Positions 63,966-64,000 of a stretch of DNA of 64,000 nt are shown piece by piece. Position numbers and translations under genes: made by a program. Positions within the stretch are counted from its first letter, which is position 1. Each line of letters starts with the position of its first letter. The stretch is from Felis catus. Lineage: Eukaryota. Location of the stretch: contig NC_058368.1 in the NCBI RefSeq assembly GCF_018350175.1, positions 102,488,001-102,552,000 of the forward strand, read 5' to 3'. The notes beneath the pieces were generated by a model, which was given only the letters and a program-made list of their open reading frames with translations, was not told the DNA's origin and made no database searches.

Positions 63966-64000
63966 GGGGCGCCTGGGTGGCTCAGTCGCTTAAGCGTCCC
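63966..64000 (+). mobile_element. Can-SINE 5' end (truncated by window)
   Basis: ggggcgcctgggtggctcagtc. Confidence 0.9.

Larger units (their letters stand above)
41013..64000 (-). other. ZNF608: ZNF608 intron upstream of the 256-nt exon (partial)
   Basis: Lies upstream of the acceptor; no other ZNF608-like peptide in the ORF track. Confidence 0.8.

Noticed and set aside
1..64000. CRISPR array or prokaryotic-type system
   Set aside because: Mammalian intronic DNA; the repeats are SINEs and STRs with no repeat-spacer structure.

Overview
Mammalian genomic DNA, almost certainly felid, given about 42 tRNA-derived Can-SINEs of the SINEC_Fc type. The window lies inside the ZNF608 gene on the minus strand. 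It holds one internal coding exon of 256 nt (41012->40757; [10 protein letters not shown]...[27 protein letters not shown]), flanked by more than 22 kb of upstream intron and more than 40 kb of downstream intron. The rest is intronic: Can-SINEs (often nested or stacked), an ERV1 solo LTR with intact TSD, a long HAL1 with nested insertions, MLT1/L1/L2/MIR/MER5-like relics, microsatellites, and several TE-poor homeodomain/TALE-motif-rich blocks that look like enhancers. The best lead is that back-splicing this lone exon would create a 91-aa ORF that exists only in the circle. The exon is bracketed by inverted SINEs, and the layout echoes the translated circRNA of the paralogue ZNF609. Repeat family names and boundaries are by eye and need RepeatMasker confirmation.
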